Below, one piece after another: positions 1 to 9,424 of a stretch of 64,000 nt of DNA. Positions within the stretch are counted from its first letter, which is position 1. Every line of letters starts with the position of its first letter. Location of the stretch: the IMG/VR virus record IMGVR_UViG_3300009008_000010, positions 1 through 64,000 of that record; one strand, given 5' to 3'. The stretch comes from a virus. Position numbers and translations under genes: made by a program. The notes beneath the pieces were generated by a model. The model was not told where the DNA came from. It did not search any database and saw only the letters and a program-made list of their open reading frames with translations.

Positions 1-42
1 CCGACCCTTTTTTTTTGCACCTACAGAACGAAAGAATGAGAT

Positions 43-480
43 ATGGCTATTTTAAAAGGCTTTCCGCCTTCTGATAGAATTTCTACGGGTGGGCATCCAA
101 TAAATGACGTTCAAGTAGACATTAAAGAACGCACGTTCCAAACATTAAAGTTGGCGAATGAATTGTTTGAAGATTTGAGGGGTGGAATTAAGAAATGCAC
201 TGTAAGGGCAGGAAAAAGAGATGTGTCATTAGGCCCGTTAATTTTTGAGTCTACTGATCCTGTTGATGATGATAGTGTGTTTCTTTTCCAAGAGGTCAAT
301 ATAACAGAAGTAAGATATACTACTTTGAAATACTTGAGCGATGAAGTTGCCCAAATGGACGGCGCTGCTGATGCAGTGGAACTTTTGGGATCGCTAAGAA
401 ACTTTTATCCAGACCTTGATTTAAACGATGAAATAACGATAATAATATTTAACGAGGTAAAAGACTATGGCAAGACGTAA
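43..480 (+). CDS. ASCH-domain protein
   Basis: GIKKCTVR motif and downstream AQMDG...FYP pattern typical of ASCH/PUA-like domains. Confidence 0.6.
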   Translation: MAILKGFPPSDRISTGGHPINDVQVDIKERTFQTLKLANELFEDLRGGIKKCTVRAGKRDVSLGPLIFESTDPVDDDSVFLFQEVNITEVRYTTLKYLSDEVAQMDGAADAVELLGSLRNFYPDLDLNDEITIIIFNEVKDYGKT

Positions 481-1687
481 AAAAGAACCGGCAGAGGATT
501 TTGTTGATCTGTCGGATATGGGTGGAGTCGCTTTAGATGAGATTCGCCCCAAATATTTTGTAGATACTGGCAATTTAGCCATTAATTATATTTGTAGTGG
601 GAGGTTTATAGGTGGCGGGCTTCCTGGTGGCAAGATTACTGAAATTTTCGGTCCACCTGCGGGTTCTAAATCTTTATTAGCAACTTGTGCCTTGCATGGC
701 TGTCAGCAGATGAATGGGTTTGCTGTTTTGTTGGATTTAGAGCGTGCCGTGAATAGAGATTTCGCAGTAGCAGCAGCTAGAATTAATCCTAAACGATTGA
801 TAGTTTTCGAGCCAGACACAATTGAAGAAACGTTTTCAAAGATTGTAAATGTGACCAAGCGTGTCAGAGAGAAGATGGGACCAGATATTCCTATTGTGTT
901 TATGTATGACTCCTTGACTGCTGTTCCTTGCGAGCGTGAGTTAAGAGAAAATGATTTGCCTGACCTAGCATCTTCCGACATTACAGATGCTCAGTGGAAG
1001 AAAATTGTTGGTGCTAAGGAGCAACCTGGAGAAAGAGCCAAGGCTATCAATAAAGGCTTGCGTAAGGTCAATGGGTTCTTATCTAAGCAGAATGCAACTT
1101 TAGTTGTAATTAATCAGGTCCGAGAGAAGATTGGGGTGATGTTTGGCAGTCCTGAAACCACTCCTGGTGGTAAGTCTCTTGAGTTTTATTCATCGTGCCG
1201 TCTGAGAGTTGCACCGCAGAAGCAGATGGTTAAGAAATTAACTGAAAAACACCAAATACCGATTGGTGTTAATGTTCAATTAAAGAACAAAAAGAACAGA
1301 TCGTTTGCGCCTCATTGGGAAACTGATAATATTCAATTGTATTTTGAAAGTGGCATCAATCCTTTGGGAGGTTTGCTTGGTGTGCTTATTAAAGCAGAGC
1401 GAATCAAAGCTGTGAAGGCGGGGTATTACCAAGTATTGGAGCCTTATGCTGGCGGCAAAGAGATTAAATTTCAAAGCAGCCAAGAGAGAAACGATGTGCC
1501 AGTAGACTTATTGTTTGACTGTCCTGCTGTAATTGATGCTAAGAGCAAGAAGGAAGTCGAAGATTACCTCAAAGCCTTTGGTTCTGCAATTGATCTTTCT
1601 CATGTTGATGGCATTACGGAAGAAGAAATTGAAGACGAGAATAAAGACATTATGGCTGTTATAAATGGTAGCGCAGAAGAAGAATAG
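467..1687 (+). CDS. recA: RecA/UvsX-like recombinase
   Basis: GGLPGGKITEIFGPPAGSKS Walker A region, YDSL Walker B, INQVREKIGVMFGSPETTPGGKSLEFY RecA signature. Confidence 0.93.
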   Translation: MARRKKEPAEDFVDLSDMGGVALDEIRPKYFVDTGNLAINYICSGRFIGGGLPGGKITEIFGPPAGSKSLLATCALHGCQQMNGFAVLLDLERAVNRDFAVAAARINPKRLIVFEPDTIEETFSKIVNVTKRVREKMGPDIPIVFMYDSLTAVPCERELRENDLPDLASSDITDAQWKKIVGAKEQPGERAKAINKGLRKVNGFLSKQNATLVVINQVREKIGVMFGSPETTPGGKSLEFYSSCRLRVAPQKQMVKKLTEKHQIPIGVNVQLKNKKNRSFAPHWETDNIQLYFESGINPLGGLLGVLIKAERIKAVKAGYYQVLEPYAGGKEIKFQSSQERNDVPVDLLFDCPAVIDAKSKKEVEDYLKAFGSAIDLSHVDGITEEEIEDENKDIMAVINGSAEEE

Positions 1688-1732
1688 AGAGTTGGTCGTT
1701 ATCTTACCTCCAATTGATCAAACATCAACTCT

Positions 1733-1763
1733 GGCCCCGTTCATATTTTGAGCGGGGTTTTTT
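1733..1763 (+). terminator. Intrinsic terminator after recA
   Basis: GGCCCCGTTCA/TGAGCGGGGTT stem followed by T-run. Confidence 0.75.
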
Positions 1764-2724
1764 ATTCTCTGTCCATCATCCATAGGATTTCAGCAGCGTA
1801 TCTTACGATTTGCTGCATATCTCTGTAATTAATTTTTTCTGGGGTGTCAGTGGTTTGGTGGTAGTTCCTGTGTGTTCCGGTAAAGAGCCATACTATTTTT
1901 ACCCCTTTATCACGAAAGCTCTTGTTGTCTGAAACCCCAGACCCTTGCCATGTGATGTCTCTGTAGGGGTATTTGTGTTCTAATTTAGATATTATATGTT
2001 CAACAACTGGTTCTCCTTGGCTTACACGAGCATCAGGCCCCATTGATTTACCGTGGTAGCCAATCATATCCAGGTTTATCATGTAGTTATGTTTTCTAAT
2101 ATCTGGGTTGCTAATAGGGAATGTTGGGTTATTACAGTAGTATCGACTCCCATAAAGCCCATATTCTTCGGCATCATAGAGTTGAAACACTATGGTTCTT
2201 CGGGGGTGGAGTGGGGTGTTTTTTAGCATTCCAAATGCTTCAGCCACTTCCAACACTCCAACGCTCCCAGAGCCGTTATCGTCAGCACCAGGACAATTTC
2301 TTACTGTGTCAAAGTGAGCGCCTATGACCAGTATTTCATTTGGTAATTCTTTCCCCTCAATCCAAGCAAATAAATTTGTAGCATTTCCTCTCCTGTAGGG
2401 AAATTGTTGCCTCATTACTTGAAGTCCTGCTTCTCTGAACCTCGCTTCAGCATAATCCATGTGTTTATGGTATTCATTGCTGAGGGCATATCTGTGCGTC
2501 TTAGCAATTGCATAAAGCATCTCCTTTAATTCCGCCTCTGTAATTGATTCTACAGCTTGGTCAAAGGTTAAATGACCTGGAGGAAGACCTGGAGGTTGTG
2601 GTTGAGATGGATATTGAGGCGGTTGATATGGGTATGGTGTTGGCGTATCAACCGGAGGAACAAGGGAAAAGAATATTAGCCCTAAAATAAGAGCCAGTGC
2701 TACTATTACGGGTTCTTTTTGCAT
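1762..2724 (-). CDS. Membrane-anchored M28 family metallopeptidase
   Basis: N-terminal TM helix, Pro/Gln linker, GAHFD, GADDNGSG, AEEYGLYGS, NLDMIG and YH motifs; start moved to MQKEPV behind an AAGGA SD. Confidence 0.88.
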   Translation of the reverse strand: MQKEPVIVALALILGLIFFSLVPPVDTPTPYPYQPPQYPSQPQPPGLPPGHLTFDQAVESITEAELKEMLYAIAKTHRYALSNEYHKHMDYAEARFREAGLQVMRQQFPYRRGNATNLFAWIEGKELPNEILVIGAHFDTVRNCPGADDNGSGSVGVLEVAEAFGMLKNTPLHPRRTIVFQLYDAEEYGLYGSRYYCNNPTFPISNPDIRKHNYMINLDMIGYHGKSMGPDARVSQGEPVVEHIISKLEHKYPYRDITWQGSGVSDNKSFRDKGVKIVWLFTGTHRNYHQTTDTPEKINYRDMQQIVRYAAEILWMMDRE

Positions 2725-2768
2725 TTTACAGTCCTTTATATCTGGAGATATATAGGGACTGTAAAGGT

Positions 2769-3251
2769 TCATTTAATGGTGTAGACGCCTCGTTTTTTGC
2801 GAACTATTTCGTAGCCATCTTGTTCCATTTCTTCTTTTGCTCTTCTGATATGGTTGCTGATTGTGGGTTTGCTCAGGTTGTATTTGTGAAATTTCTTTTC
2901 TACCTGGGCGAACGTCACGGAGCCATTGGTTAAGAGTTGGGTAACAATGAAGGTTTTAATTTGCGAGGCAAGGGCCAAGATATTTTTTCTTTTGTTGGGT
3001 GCTTGCGGGGCAATGTTTTTGAATTCCGCTATTTTGATGCGGACTAATTCATAGTTTGTTTGATCGGCGTAGGATGCATCGCAGAATGCTGTGGGCAACT
3101 CTTCCAGGGTCAGCACTTTGTTATCATCATCTATTTTCACCACGGATATTTCTGCCCCGAACACTTTTGAGAACTCTATCAATTGTGGCAGGTGTTCTTC
3201 GTGAGTGAAGAATTGTCGCTGGTCTTTGGTTTTAATCATCAAGCATTTCAT
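2769..3251 (-). CDS. Hypothetical protein with C-terminal winged-HTH-like region
   Basis: LSKPTISNHIRR...GYEIVRKKRGVY resembles wHTH; GGGAG SD before the ATG at 3251. Confidence 0.55.
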   Translation of the reverse strand: MKCLMIKTKDQRQFFTHEEHLPQLIEFSKVFGAEISVVKIDDDNKVLTLEELPTAFCDASYADQTNYELVRIKIAEFKNIAPQAPNKRKNILALASQIKTFIVTQLLTNGSVTFAQVEKKFHKYNLSKPTISNHIRRAKEEMEQDGYEIVRKKRGVYTIK

Positions 3252-3350
3252 ATAATAACTCCCTAAGAGTATTTTAATTATAAAGGAGGTTTTGTCAATA
3301 GGAAAGGAAGGAATCTGAGAGAATGGCATTATTATTTGATATATATAAGC

Positions 3351-3806
3351 ATGGCAGACAAATTTGATGATAACATGATGGACAGAATAAGGTGTTGGGC
3401 TGACAGGCTGATCCCTTTCAGCTACCCATTTGTTGCACCAGAGGAAGAAGACGCTATCAATATCTTAAAATTTAGAGAGGTAACGGTAGACGGTTATCAT
3501 TTAATTTTGCACTTCAACAGGCATGATTACAAAGATCATTATCTCGAAACTTTCCAAATCATAGGGAAAGACACGCCTTTTTTGCCATTCTGCTTGACCT
3601 GCAAGCTGGCCCAGAAGATGTTGGGCGACCGATACCTGTCATTAGTTGAGGTATTGAAGAACAATCGTAAGATTTATTGTTGGACTGTTGTAACTGACAG
3701 AGACGGATATGCTGTCTCCAGTCCCTATAAAAATCAAGGAGAATCTTGTAATTACGAGGGATGGGAGTATAATTACGTCTATCCTAATAGTGTCAACTTT
3801 TATTAA
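3351..3806 (+). CDS. Hypothetical protein
   Basis: Long ORF preceded by ATATATA late-like motif. Confidence 0.7.
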   Translation: MADKFDDNMMDRIRCWADRLIPFSYPFVAPEEEDAINILKFREVTVDGYHLILHFNRHDYKDHYLETFQIIGKDTPFLPFCLTCKLAQKMLGDRYLSLVEVLKNNRKIYCWTVVTDRDGYAVSSPYKNQGESCNYEGWEYNYVYPNSVNFY

Positions 3807-3888
3807 CGAAAACGATTTTTCATAATAGTAAATTTTGCTTCGTATTAAAGGTAAATACTGTATCGTTCCCATTTAGGAGGATTCAGAA

Positions 3889-4179
3889 ATGACACGGAAA
3901 GATAAGATACAATACCTTTTAATCTCCTACCTTTTGAAACACGGAAGCATCAAATTACAGCTACCGGACGGCGTTGACTTAGAAATCGGCATTACAGAGG
4001 AGGGCTTCAGTGGGAAGAAATTTAAAAAGCAAGACTATTGCTGGGTCATCACACGACGAGAAGATCGTGAAGTTGAGCTAGATTCATATAATTTAGGATT
4101 GAATTTCCTTGACGAAGACAGTATAATACTTATTGACGAAGACAACGTTGAGGAAACCATCAACGTTAGCGTTTTTTAA
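3889..4179 (+). CDS. Hypothetical protein
   Basis: AGGAGG SD upstream of ATG. Confidence 0.75.
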   Translation: MTRKDKIQYLLISYLLKHGSIKLQLPDGVDLEIGITEEGFSGKKFKKQDYCWVITRREDREVELDSYNLGLNFLDEDSIILIDEDNVEETINVSVF

Positions 4180-4498
4180 GCATTTGTCCGACTATACGAA
4201 CTGGTATTAAATCACCTTCAAAATTCAGGTGGGTTTCTAAAGTACCGATTGCAAAACCATTGTCCTTTGGTACTGTGAAATCCAGCCAGAGGAGGAATCC
4301 ATTGTCGAGTAGTGTAAAGCGGGTGACGGTAATCTCCACACCCTTCTGTGGAAGAGTTTCTTCTTCATATACTGGAAACTCATCGTGATCCCTTACGTTG
4401 ACCATAACGAACGCCATGATTTTCTTGAAGTCAAGGAATTCCGCCCATTTTGACGTGAGCAGGCGTTCCAACTTATCTTTATCAATCACGTTTTGCAT
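4166..4498 (-). CDS. Hypothetical protein
   Basis: 110-aa ORF filling the gap between + strand genes. Confidence 0.6.
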   Translation of the reverse strand: MQNVIDKDKLERLLTSKWAEFLDFKKIMAFVMVNVRDHDEFPVYEEETLPQKGVEITVTRFTLLDNGFLLWLDFTVPKDNGFAIGTLETHLNFEGDLIPVRIVGQMLKKR

Positions 4499-4512
4499 GT
4501 GAGGTACTTAAA

Positions 4513-4767
4513 ATGAAAAAGGCTGAAGTATTAGTAAAAGAGTATGTTGGTAGATTAACTGATGAGAACGTGTTTTTCTTACATTCACGTATAACACAGA
4601 GATATGCCACCGATTTATCTGAAGCGTTGGAGTTTGTTTCTAAGGCAAACGACGTAGACAAGTGGCTATGTTCCGCTTCCTCAGCCCACGAATTTTATTC
4701 AATGTTAGACAAATTAGAAGAGCAATTGCAGAAAGAGGTTGCTAAACGAGAGAAGACTAGGGTATAA
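4513..4767 (+). CDS. Hypothetical protein
   Basis: GAGG SD; followed by a strong terminator. Confidence 0.7.
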   Translation: MKKAEVLVKEYVGRLTDENVFFLHSRITQRYATDLSEALEFVSKANDVDKWLCSASSAHEFYSMLDKLEEQLQKEVAKREKTRV

Positions 4768-4791
4768 TCATACCATTAATTTCATAAACCG

Positions 4792-4826
4792 CCTCCCCGC
4801 ACGCGGGCGGGCGGGGAGGTTTTTTT
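4792..4826 (+). terminator. Intrinsic terminator
   Basis: CCTCCCCGC/GCGGGGAGG stem plus T7. Confidence 0.85.
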
Positions 4827-4862
4827 ATAGAGACTGTGAGTTGATTTGGAGCAATATAAGTA

Positions 4863-5030
4863 ATGACTCTAAAAGAAGCGTTTATTAAAGGTTTTACGCC
4901 CCTTTATAAGGGGTGGTTTGGACAAAAAGAAGAACCCACTCCTGAACAATTAGAACAAGCGTGGGTGGAATTTACTACGAAATATGATTATAGTTATTTG
5001 CGTGATCCATGTTTTCCGACTTTATGTTAG
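4863..5030 (+). CDS. Small hypothetical protein, 55 aa (MTLKEAFIKG...), below the ORF-track cutoff
   Basis: Translated by hand; GGAG upstream; fills the gap before the helicase. Confidence 0.5.
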   Translation: MTLKEAFIKGFTPLYKGWFGQKEEPTPEQLEQAWVEFTTKYDYSYLRDPCFPTLC

Positions 5031-5071
5031 AGGATGCAATGAAAAGAGATGCAGAAAGAAAAGGAACATAG

Positions 5072-7090
5072 ATGCCCCCAATTCAAAAGCTAACTGACCA
5101 GAACGAATTAGCTAAATCCGATCAATTCCCACACGCCTCATTTCCCTTTGATGAATTCAATCCAGTTCAAAGTAGAGTGCTTGAGGTCTATGAGAATAAC
5201 GCCAATTTAATTATTGCAGCCGCTACATCGGCTGGTAAGACCGTTTGCGCAGAAATGCTGCTCAGTCACGAAGTTCGAGTTAGAGGCGGTAAGGGGATGT
5301 ATCTGGCCCCTTTAAAAGCCCTTTCTCAGGAGAAGATAGATGATTGGACGGATGAAAAACACCACTTCTCAGATTTAAATTTATCAATTTGCACGGGGGA
5401 TTATAGATTAACTGCTGCCAGAAAAAAGGAACTGGAAGAATCGAATCTTATCTTGATGACTTCGGAGATGTTAAATTCTCGGTGTCGCAATGATAAATCG
5501 GAGAAAAATCAATTTTTAAGAGAGATAGGAACAATTGTAGTTGATGAAAGCCACTTGCTGACAGTGCCAGGACGAGGCGATCATTTAGAGGCGGGGTTGA
5601 TGAAATTAACCATGATTAACCCTGATGTAAGAATTGTTTTTCTATCTGCTACCATGCCTAATGTTGATGAAATCAGCGAGTGGGTTTCTTACGCATTAAC
5701 AGGCCGGGATACTGCGCTTTTAAGTTCTACATATCGCCCCTGTCCTTTGACCGTGCATTACGAAGCATATTGGGATATGGGAGGCACTTATGAAGAAAAC
5801 GAGGCGCAGAAGGTCAATCAGGCTTTAGGATTAATTGAATCTTATCCTAACGACAAGTTTCTAATTTTTGCCCACACCAAGCGAACTGGGCACCTGATGA
5901 AGCGACACATTCAAGCATTAGGAGAAGAGTGTGAGTTTCACAATGCTGATTTAGAGAAGAAGAAGCGAGTAGAGCTTGAGCATAGATTCAGGAACGATCC
6001 TAAGTTTCGTTGTATTGTGGCTACTAGCACGTTGGCTTGGGGTTTAAATATGCCTGCTAGACGTGTGATTATTTTGGGAGTGCATAGAGGTTTAGAAGAT
6101 GTTGCTACCTACGATATTACTCAGATGGTAGGTCGTGCAGGGCGAGTGGGTTATGACCCTTGCGGGGATGCTTATATTTTATTGCCGCAATCGAAGTTTG
6201 ATCAATATAAAGACAAGTTGACGAAGCCACAAAAGATTAAATCACAGATGTTGGATGATGCTTTTGGGCACCACAAGATTCTAGCTTTCCATTTGGTCAG
6301 TGAGATTCATCATGGGAACATTAGCACGGTGCAGGATATTCACGAATGGTATGATCGCAGTTTGGCTCATTGGCAGGAGAATGAATTAGAAGAAAACATC
6401 ATTGAGAAGACTATTGAGTTGTTGAGGAAGTGTGGTGCTGTTTATGAAGATGAGGAAGGTGTTTTAAGTGCCACGTCGATTGGCAAGATTTCCAGTTTGT
6501 TTTATTACTCTCCTTTTGATGTGTCTGATTTGAAGAAGAATTTTCAGAAATTATTTGAAAATCACGATGAAAAGGATGATCATAGTTTAGCTATCGCTCT
6601 AGGCGATATAGATACAAATAGAATGGGCATTGTAAGTCGCCTAGAAAGGGAGAATATGGGGACATTTCTCTCTACTTCAATAAGGAGGTTTCCAAATGTT
6701 TATGAGCCGTCTATTAAAGCAGGCTATTGCTACCACCAGCTTCTCCACGGACGTTCAAATGCTATTTTTGCTGGCTACATGCGAGGTCTTCAGATGGATT
6801 TTCCTCGCTGCGTCGAAGTATTAAATGCCATAGACAGCATGAGTGCTAAGTGGGGCAAGAGAGAATGGATCAAGAGGCTTAATCTCAGAGTAAAATATGG
6901 GGTTAGAGGCGACTTGGTTTTCTTATGCGAGATTCCTAATGTTGGTAAAGTCAGGGCTGAAAAGCTCTGGAAGGTAGGATTACGCACAGTAGCCGATGTC
7001 GCCAATAACCCCGGTAAAGTTCAGGATGCCCTCAAGTTTAAATCTGAGCGTGTCACTAAGATTTGCGAGGACGCCTCTTCACTTCTTTGA
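5072..7090 (+). CDS. Ski2/Hel308-like SF2 DExH helicase
   Basis: Q motif (NPVQ), ATSAGKT, DESH, LSAT, TSTLAWGLNMPA, QMVGRAGR and C-terminal HhH (IPNVGKVRAEKL). Confidence 0.9.
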   Translation: MPPIQKLTDQNELAKSDQFPHASFPFDEFNPVQSRVLEVYENNANLIIAAATSAGKTVCAEMLLSHEVRVRGGKGMYLAPLKALSQEKIDDWTDEKHHFSDLNLSICTGDYRLTAARKKELEESNLILMTSEMLNSRCRNDKSEKNQFLREIGTIVVDESHLLTVPGRGDHLEAGLMKLTMINPDVRIVFLSATMPNVDEISEWVSYALTGRDTALLSSTYRPCPLTVHYEAYWDMGGTYEENEAQKVNQALGLIESYPNDKFLIFAHTKRTGHLMKRHIQALGEECEFHNADLEKKKRVELEHRFRNDPKFRCIVATSTLAWGLNMPARRVIILGVHRGLEDVATYDITQMVGRAGRVGYDPCGDAYILLPQSKFDQYKDKLTKPQKIKSQMLDDAFGHHKILAFHLVSEIHHGNISTVQDIHEWYDRSLAHWQENELEENIIEKTIELLRKCGAVYEDEEGVLSATSIGKISSLFYYSPFDVSDLKKNFQKLFENHDEKDDHSLAIALGDIDTNRMGIVSRLERENMGTFLSTSIRRFPNVYEPSIKAGYCYHQLLHGRSNAIFAGYMRGLQMDFPRCVEVLNAIDSMSAKWGKREWIKRLNLRVKYGVRGDLVFLCEIPNVGKVRAEKLWKVGLRTVADVANNPGKVQDALKFKSERVTKICEDASSLL

Positions 7091-7736
7091 GTTTTGGTGC
7101 AATTTTATTTCTATTCTTCTTTGGTTTCCTCATTACAAAGTATTCTCTGTGTTTGATACTTTTCAGTTTGTTAATTAATGATTTTTCATTGAGATAAAGT
7201 TTATTACCTACACGAACATAAATGGGTGCTTTTGATGCCATGAATGCTGACATACTAGCGGCAGGATCGCAATCGGGGAATTCCCCCATTGAACATCCTG
7301 TGTTGCAACATCCACAACCATCTCCTGTTGCTACCACACTGGCAGAAACACCCATCCCATGAGTAACTGCGATTGGAGGGGTGCTGCCATTTAATAGAAG
7401 CGTGTAAGGGCCACAACATGTGCCCCCACCACCTACAGAACCACCTACGGTTCCGTCGCCTCTGGCCGTGACGCTAGAGCCGCCACAAGAGTTTTTTTCA
7501 AAGCAACAGGATGCACTGAGACTTACGGTGACTTCTTCGCAAGCACAAGAACATACTGCTAGTGCGTGGACCTGTTCTTCCTCAAATTCTGGAACAGGAA
7601 AGTCTACTTCTAAAACGGGTTTTAATAGAGGGGCACCGCAGCAGGTTGGATCGGTAGCGCAGCCGCAATCGAAAGTCATTTCTGCTGAGTTACAACAACA
7701 ACAACATTTACAACAATCAGGATCTATGCAACCCAT
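7056..7736 (-). CDS. Cysteine-rich protein with basic C-terminal tail
   Basis: About 25 Cys in the first ~160 aa, including a CCKCCCCC run; K/R-rich tail. Confidence 0.65.
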   Translation of the reverse strand: MGCIDPDCCKCCCCCNSAEMTFDCGCATDPTCCGAPLLKPVLEVDFPVPEFEEEQVHALAVCSCACEEVTVSLSASCCFEKNSCGGSSVTARGDGTVGGSVGGGGTCCGPYTLLLNGSTPPIAVTHGMGVSASVVATGDGCGCCNTGCSMGEFPDCDPAASMSAFMASKAPIYVRVGNKLYLNEKSLINKLKSIKHREYFVMRKPKKNRNKIAPKLKEVKRRPRKS

Positions 7737-7766
7737 TTAGTTACCCTTTAAAGGGGTAAGAAGAGC

Positions 7767-8108
7767 TTAATCCCGAAAGAGACCACCGAATCCTTTATCT
7801 TTCAGATCGTCATCGGATTGGAAGAAGCCTTCCCATAACTTTAATTTTTCTGGAAACTGCATTTTTACAACGCCATCCTTCTCTGTTTTGTTTCCAGTAA
7901 GGGGGTCTTCTGTCCACCATCTCATTTCTTCGACTTCAATGCCTAATTCATCCATGTGGCATTGGTCTTGTGGAAAAACAGGCATGTTAAATTGCTCTTC
8001 ACCGATCATCACGCTTACTTTGCATTGACCTTTTGGATGGTCGTATAATCTGCAATTACCGCAAATCGGTTCAACTTTGCCTTTTCTTTTCTTGCTTTTC
8101 TTTCCCAT
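7767..8108 (-). CDS. Hypothetical protein with CxxC motif
   Basis: GGAGG upstream; CGNC motif. Confidence 0.65.
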   Translation of the reverse strand: MGKKSKKRKGKVEPICGNCRLYDHPKGQCKVSVMIGEEQFNMPVFPQDQCHMDELGIEVEEMRWWTEDPLTGNKTEKDGVVKMQFPEKLKLWEGFFQSDDDLKDKGFGGLFRD

Positions 8109-8179
8109 AATTCTATTGACTTTACCTCCTCTAAGTTAGTATATTAATCAAAGTTTCAAATTAATTTAAGGATGAAATT

Positions 8180-8602
8180 ATGACTCAACCGCAACTTAAC
8201 CCTCCTGATGACGGCCCTACGACTTTCAATAAAGTTGTGGATTCTGGTGAACGACAAGAGTTTGGAACCGGAGCGGTTCGAGATACTCAAGATGGAAAGG
8301 GGAGATTCGATTTGCTTCCTTATTACGCAGTAACAAGACTGGCACAGCACTTTGAGAATGGCGCTCAAAAATATGGTGCTGAGAACTGGCGACAAGGCAT
8401 TCCTCTTAGGCGATATTTGGATTCTATGCTAAGGCACGCATTTAAGTTTTTGGCTGGTTCCGAGGACGAAGACCACCTAGCGGCTGTCATTTGGAATGCG
8501 TGTTGTTTGCTGGAAACTCAGGAATTAGTTAAGCAGGGCTTGCTACCTGAAGAATTAAATGATTTGCCCAAACCTGTAATAGTGGAGAAAACAAATGAGT
8601 GA
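8180..8602 (+). CDS. dATP/dGTP diphosphohydrolase-domain protein (DUF5664-like)
   Basis: GAVRD..KGRFDLLP, GAQKYG.ENW..G, SMLRH, EDHLAAVIWNA motifs. Confidence 0.8.
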   Translation: MTQPQLNPPDDGPTTFNKVVDSGERQEFGTGAVRDTQDGKGRFDLLPYYAVTRLAQHFENGAQKYGAENWRQGIPLRRYLDSMLRHAFKFLAGSEDEDHLAAVIWNACCLLETQELVKQGLLPEELNDLPKPVIVEKTNE

Positions 8603-9071
8603 AGATCCTCTAATGAAGAAAATGTTGGATGTTTCTATGAATCAAAGGATGGAGATGCTAAATAAACAAAAAGCCAAGGTGGAGCGATCCATGAGAGAGA
8701 CGCCGAAGTATTTTGTTCATCCTAATAAAAGAACATTCGTCCCTAAAGGTTGGGGCTATGAAGATTGGATTGCTAATTCTGAATTATATTGTGGCAAAGA
8801 ACTGTTTGTCAAAAAAGGCAAAAAGTGCAGTTGGCACTATCACGAAAAAAAGGATGAAACATTCTATGTGATGACAGGCAAGATGCTTCTATATTTCTCT
8901 GAAGATGACGATTTAGAGAAGTCTTGTGAAGTAGTTCTAACTCCAGGCGATGCTTTCCATGTGCCTGTAGGTTTAAGGCACCAGTTTGTTGGATTGCAAG
9001 ATACACGTTTTTTTGAAATTTCTACACAGCATTTTGATGAAGATTCCATAAGGGTAATCAAAGGCGATTAG
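8595..9071 (+). CDS. Cupin-fold sugar isomerase-like protein
   Basis: KGWGYE, CSWHYHEKKDETFY, GDAFHVPVGLRH cupin metal-binding motifs. Confidence 0.8.
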   Translation: MSEDPLMKKMLDVSMNQRMEMLNKQKAKVERSMRETPKYFVHPNKRTFVPKGWGYEDWIANSELYCGKELFVKKGKKCSWHYHEKKDETFYVMTGKMLLYFSEDDDLEKSCEVVLTPGDAFHVPVGLRHQFVGLQDTRFFEISTQHFDEDSIRVIKGD

Positions 9072-9085
9072 CAAGGAGAATTGCG

Positions 9086-9415
9086 ATGCCGTATATCACA
9101 CAGGATGATCGTGAGAAACTGAAGCACACCCTAAATTTGCTTGTCTATCAATTAGATTCTTTTGGTGATGAGGATATTGAAGGTGTAATGAACTATTGTA
9201 TTACTTATATTCTCAACAAGAGAATGAGACCTCATTCCGGCTGGCGATATAAATGGGTCAATCGAGCCATAGGTGTCTTAGAAGCTGTTAAAATGGAGTT
9301 TTATGGAAGACTGGCTAGGCCGTATGAAGATAAAGCCATTGCTAAAAATGGCGATATTGACGTATATGGTGAAGATGTTAAATCTGATTTGGGAATTTCT
9401 TCACCTTCAGAATAA
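9086..9415 (+). CDS. Conserved phage hypothetical protein (DUF6899-like)
   Basis: MPYI, NYCIT, GVLEAVKMEFY and PYEDK..KNGD pattern; AGGAG SD. Confidence 0.6.
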   Translation: MPYITQDDREKLKHTLNLLVYQLDSFGDEDIEGVMNYCITYILNKRMRPHSGWRYKWVNRAIGVLEAVKMEFYGRLARPYEDKAIAKNGDIDVYGEDVKSDLGISSPSE

Positions 9416-9424
9416 ATACCTGAG

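Noticed and set aside
7420-7740. Plus-strand 106-aa ORF
   Set aside because: Antisense to the Cys-rich gene, which fits the local minus-strand operon; no SD.
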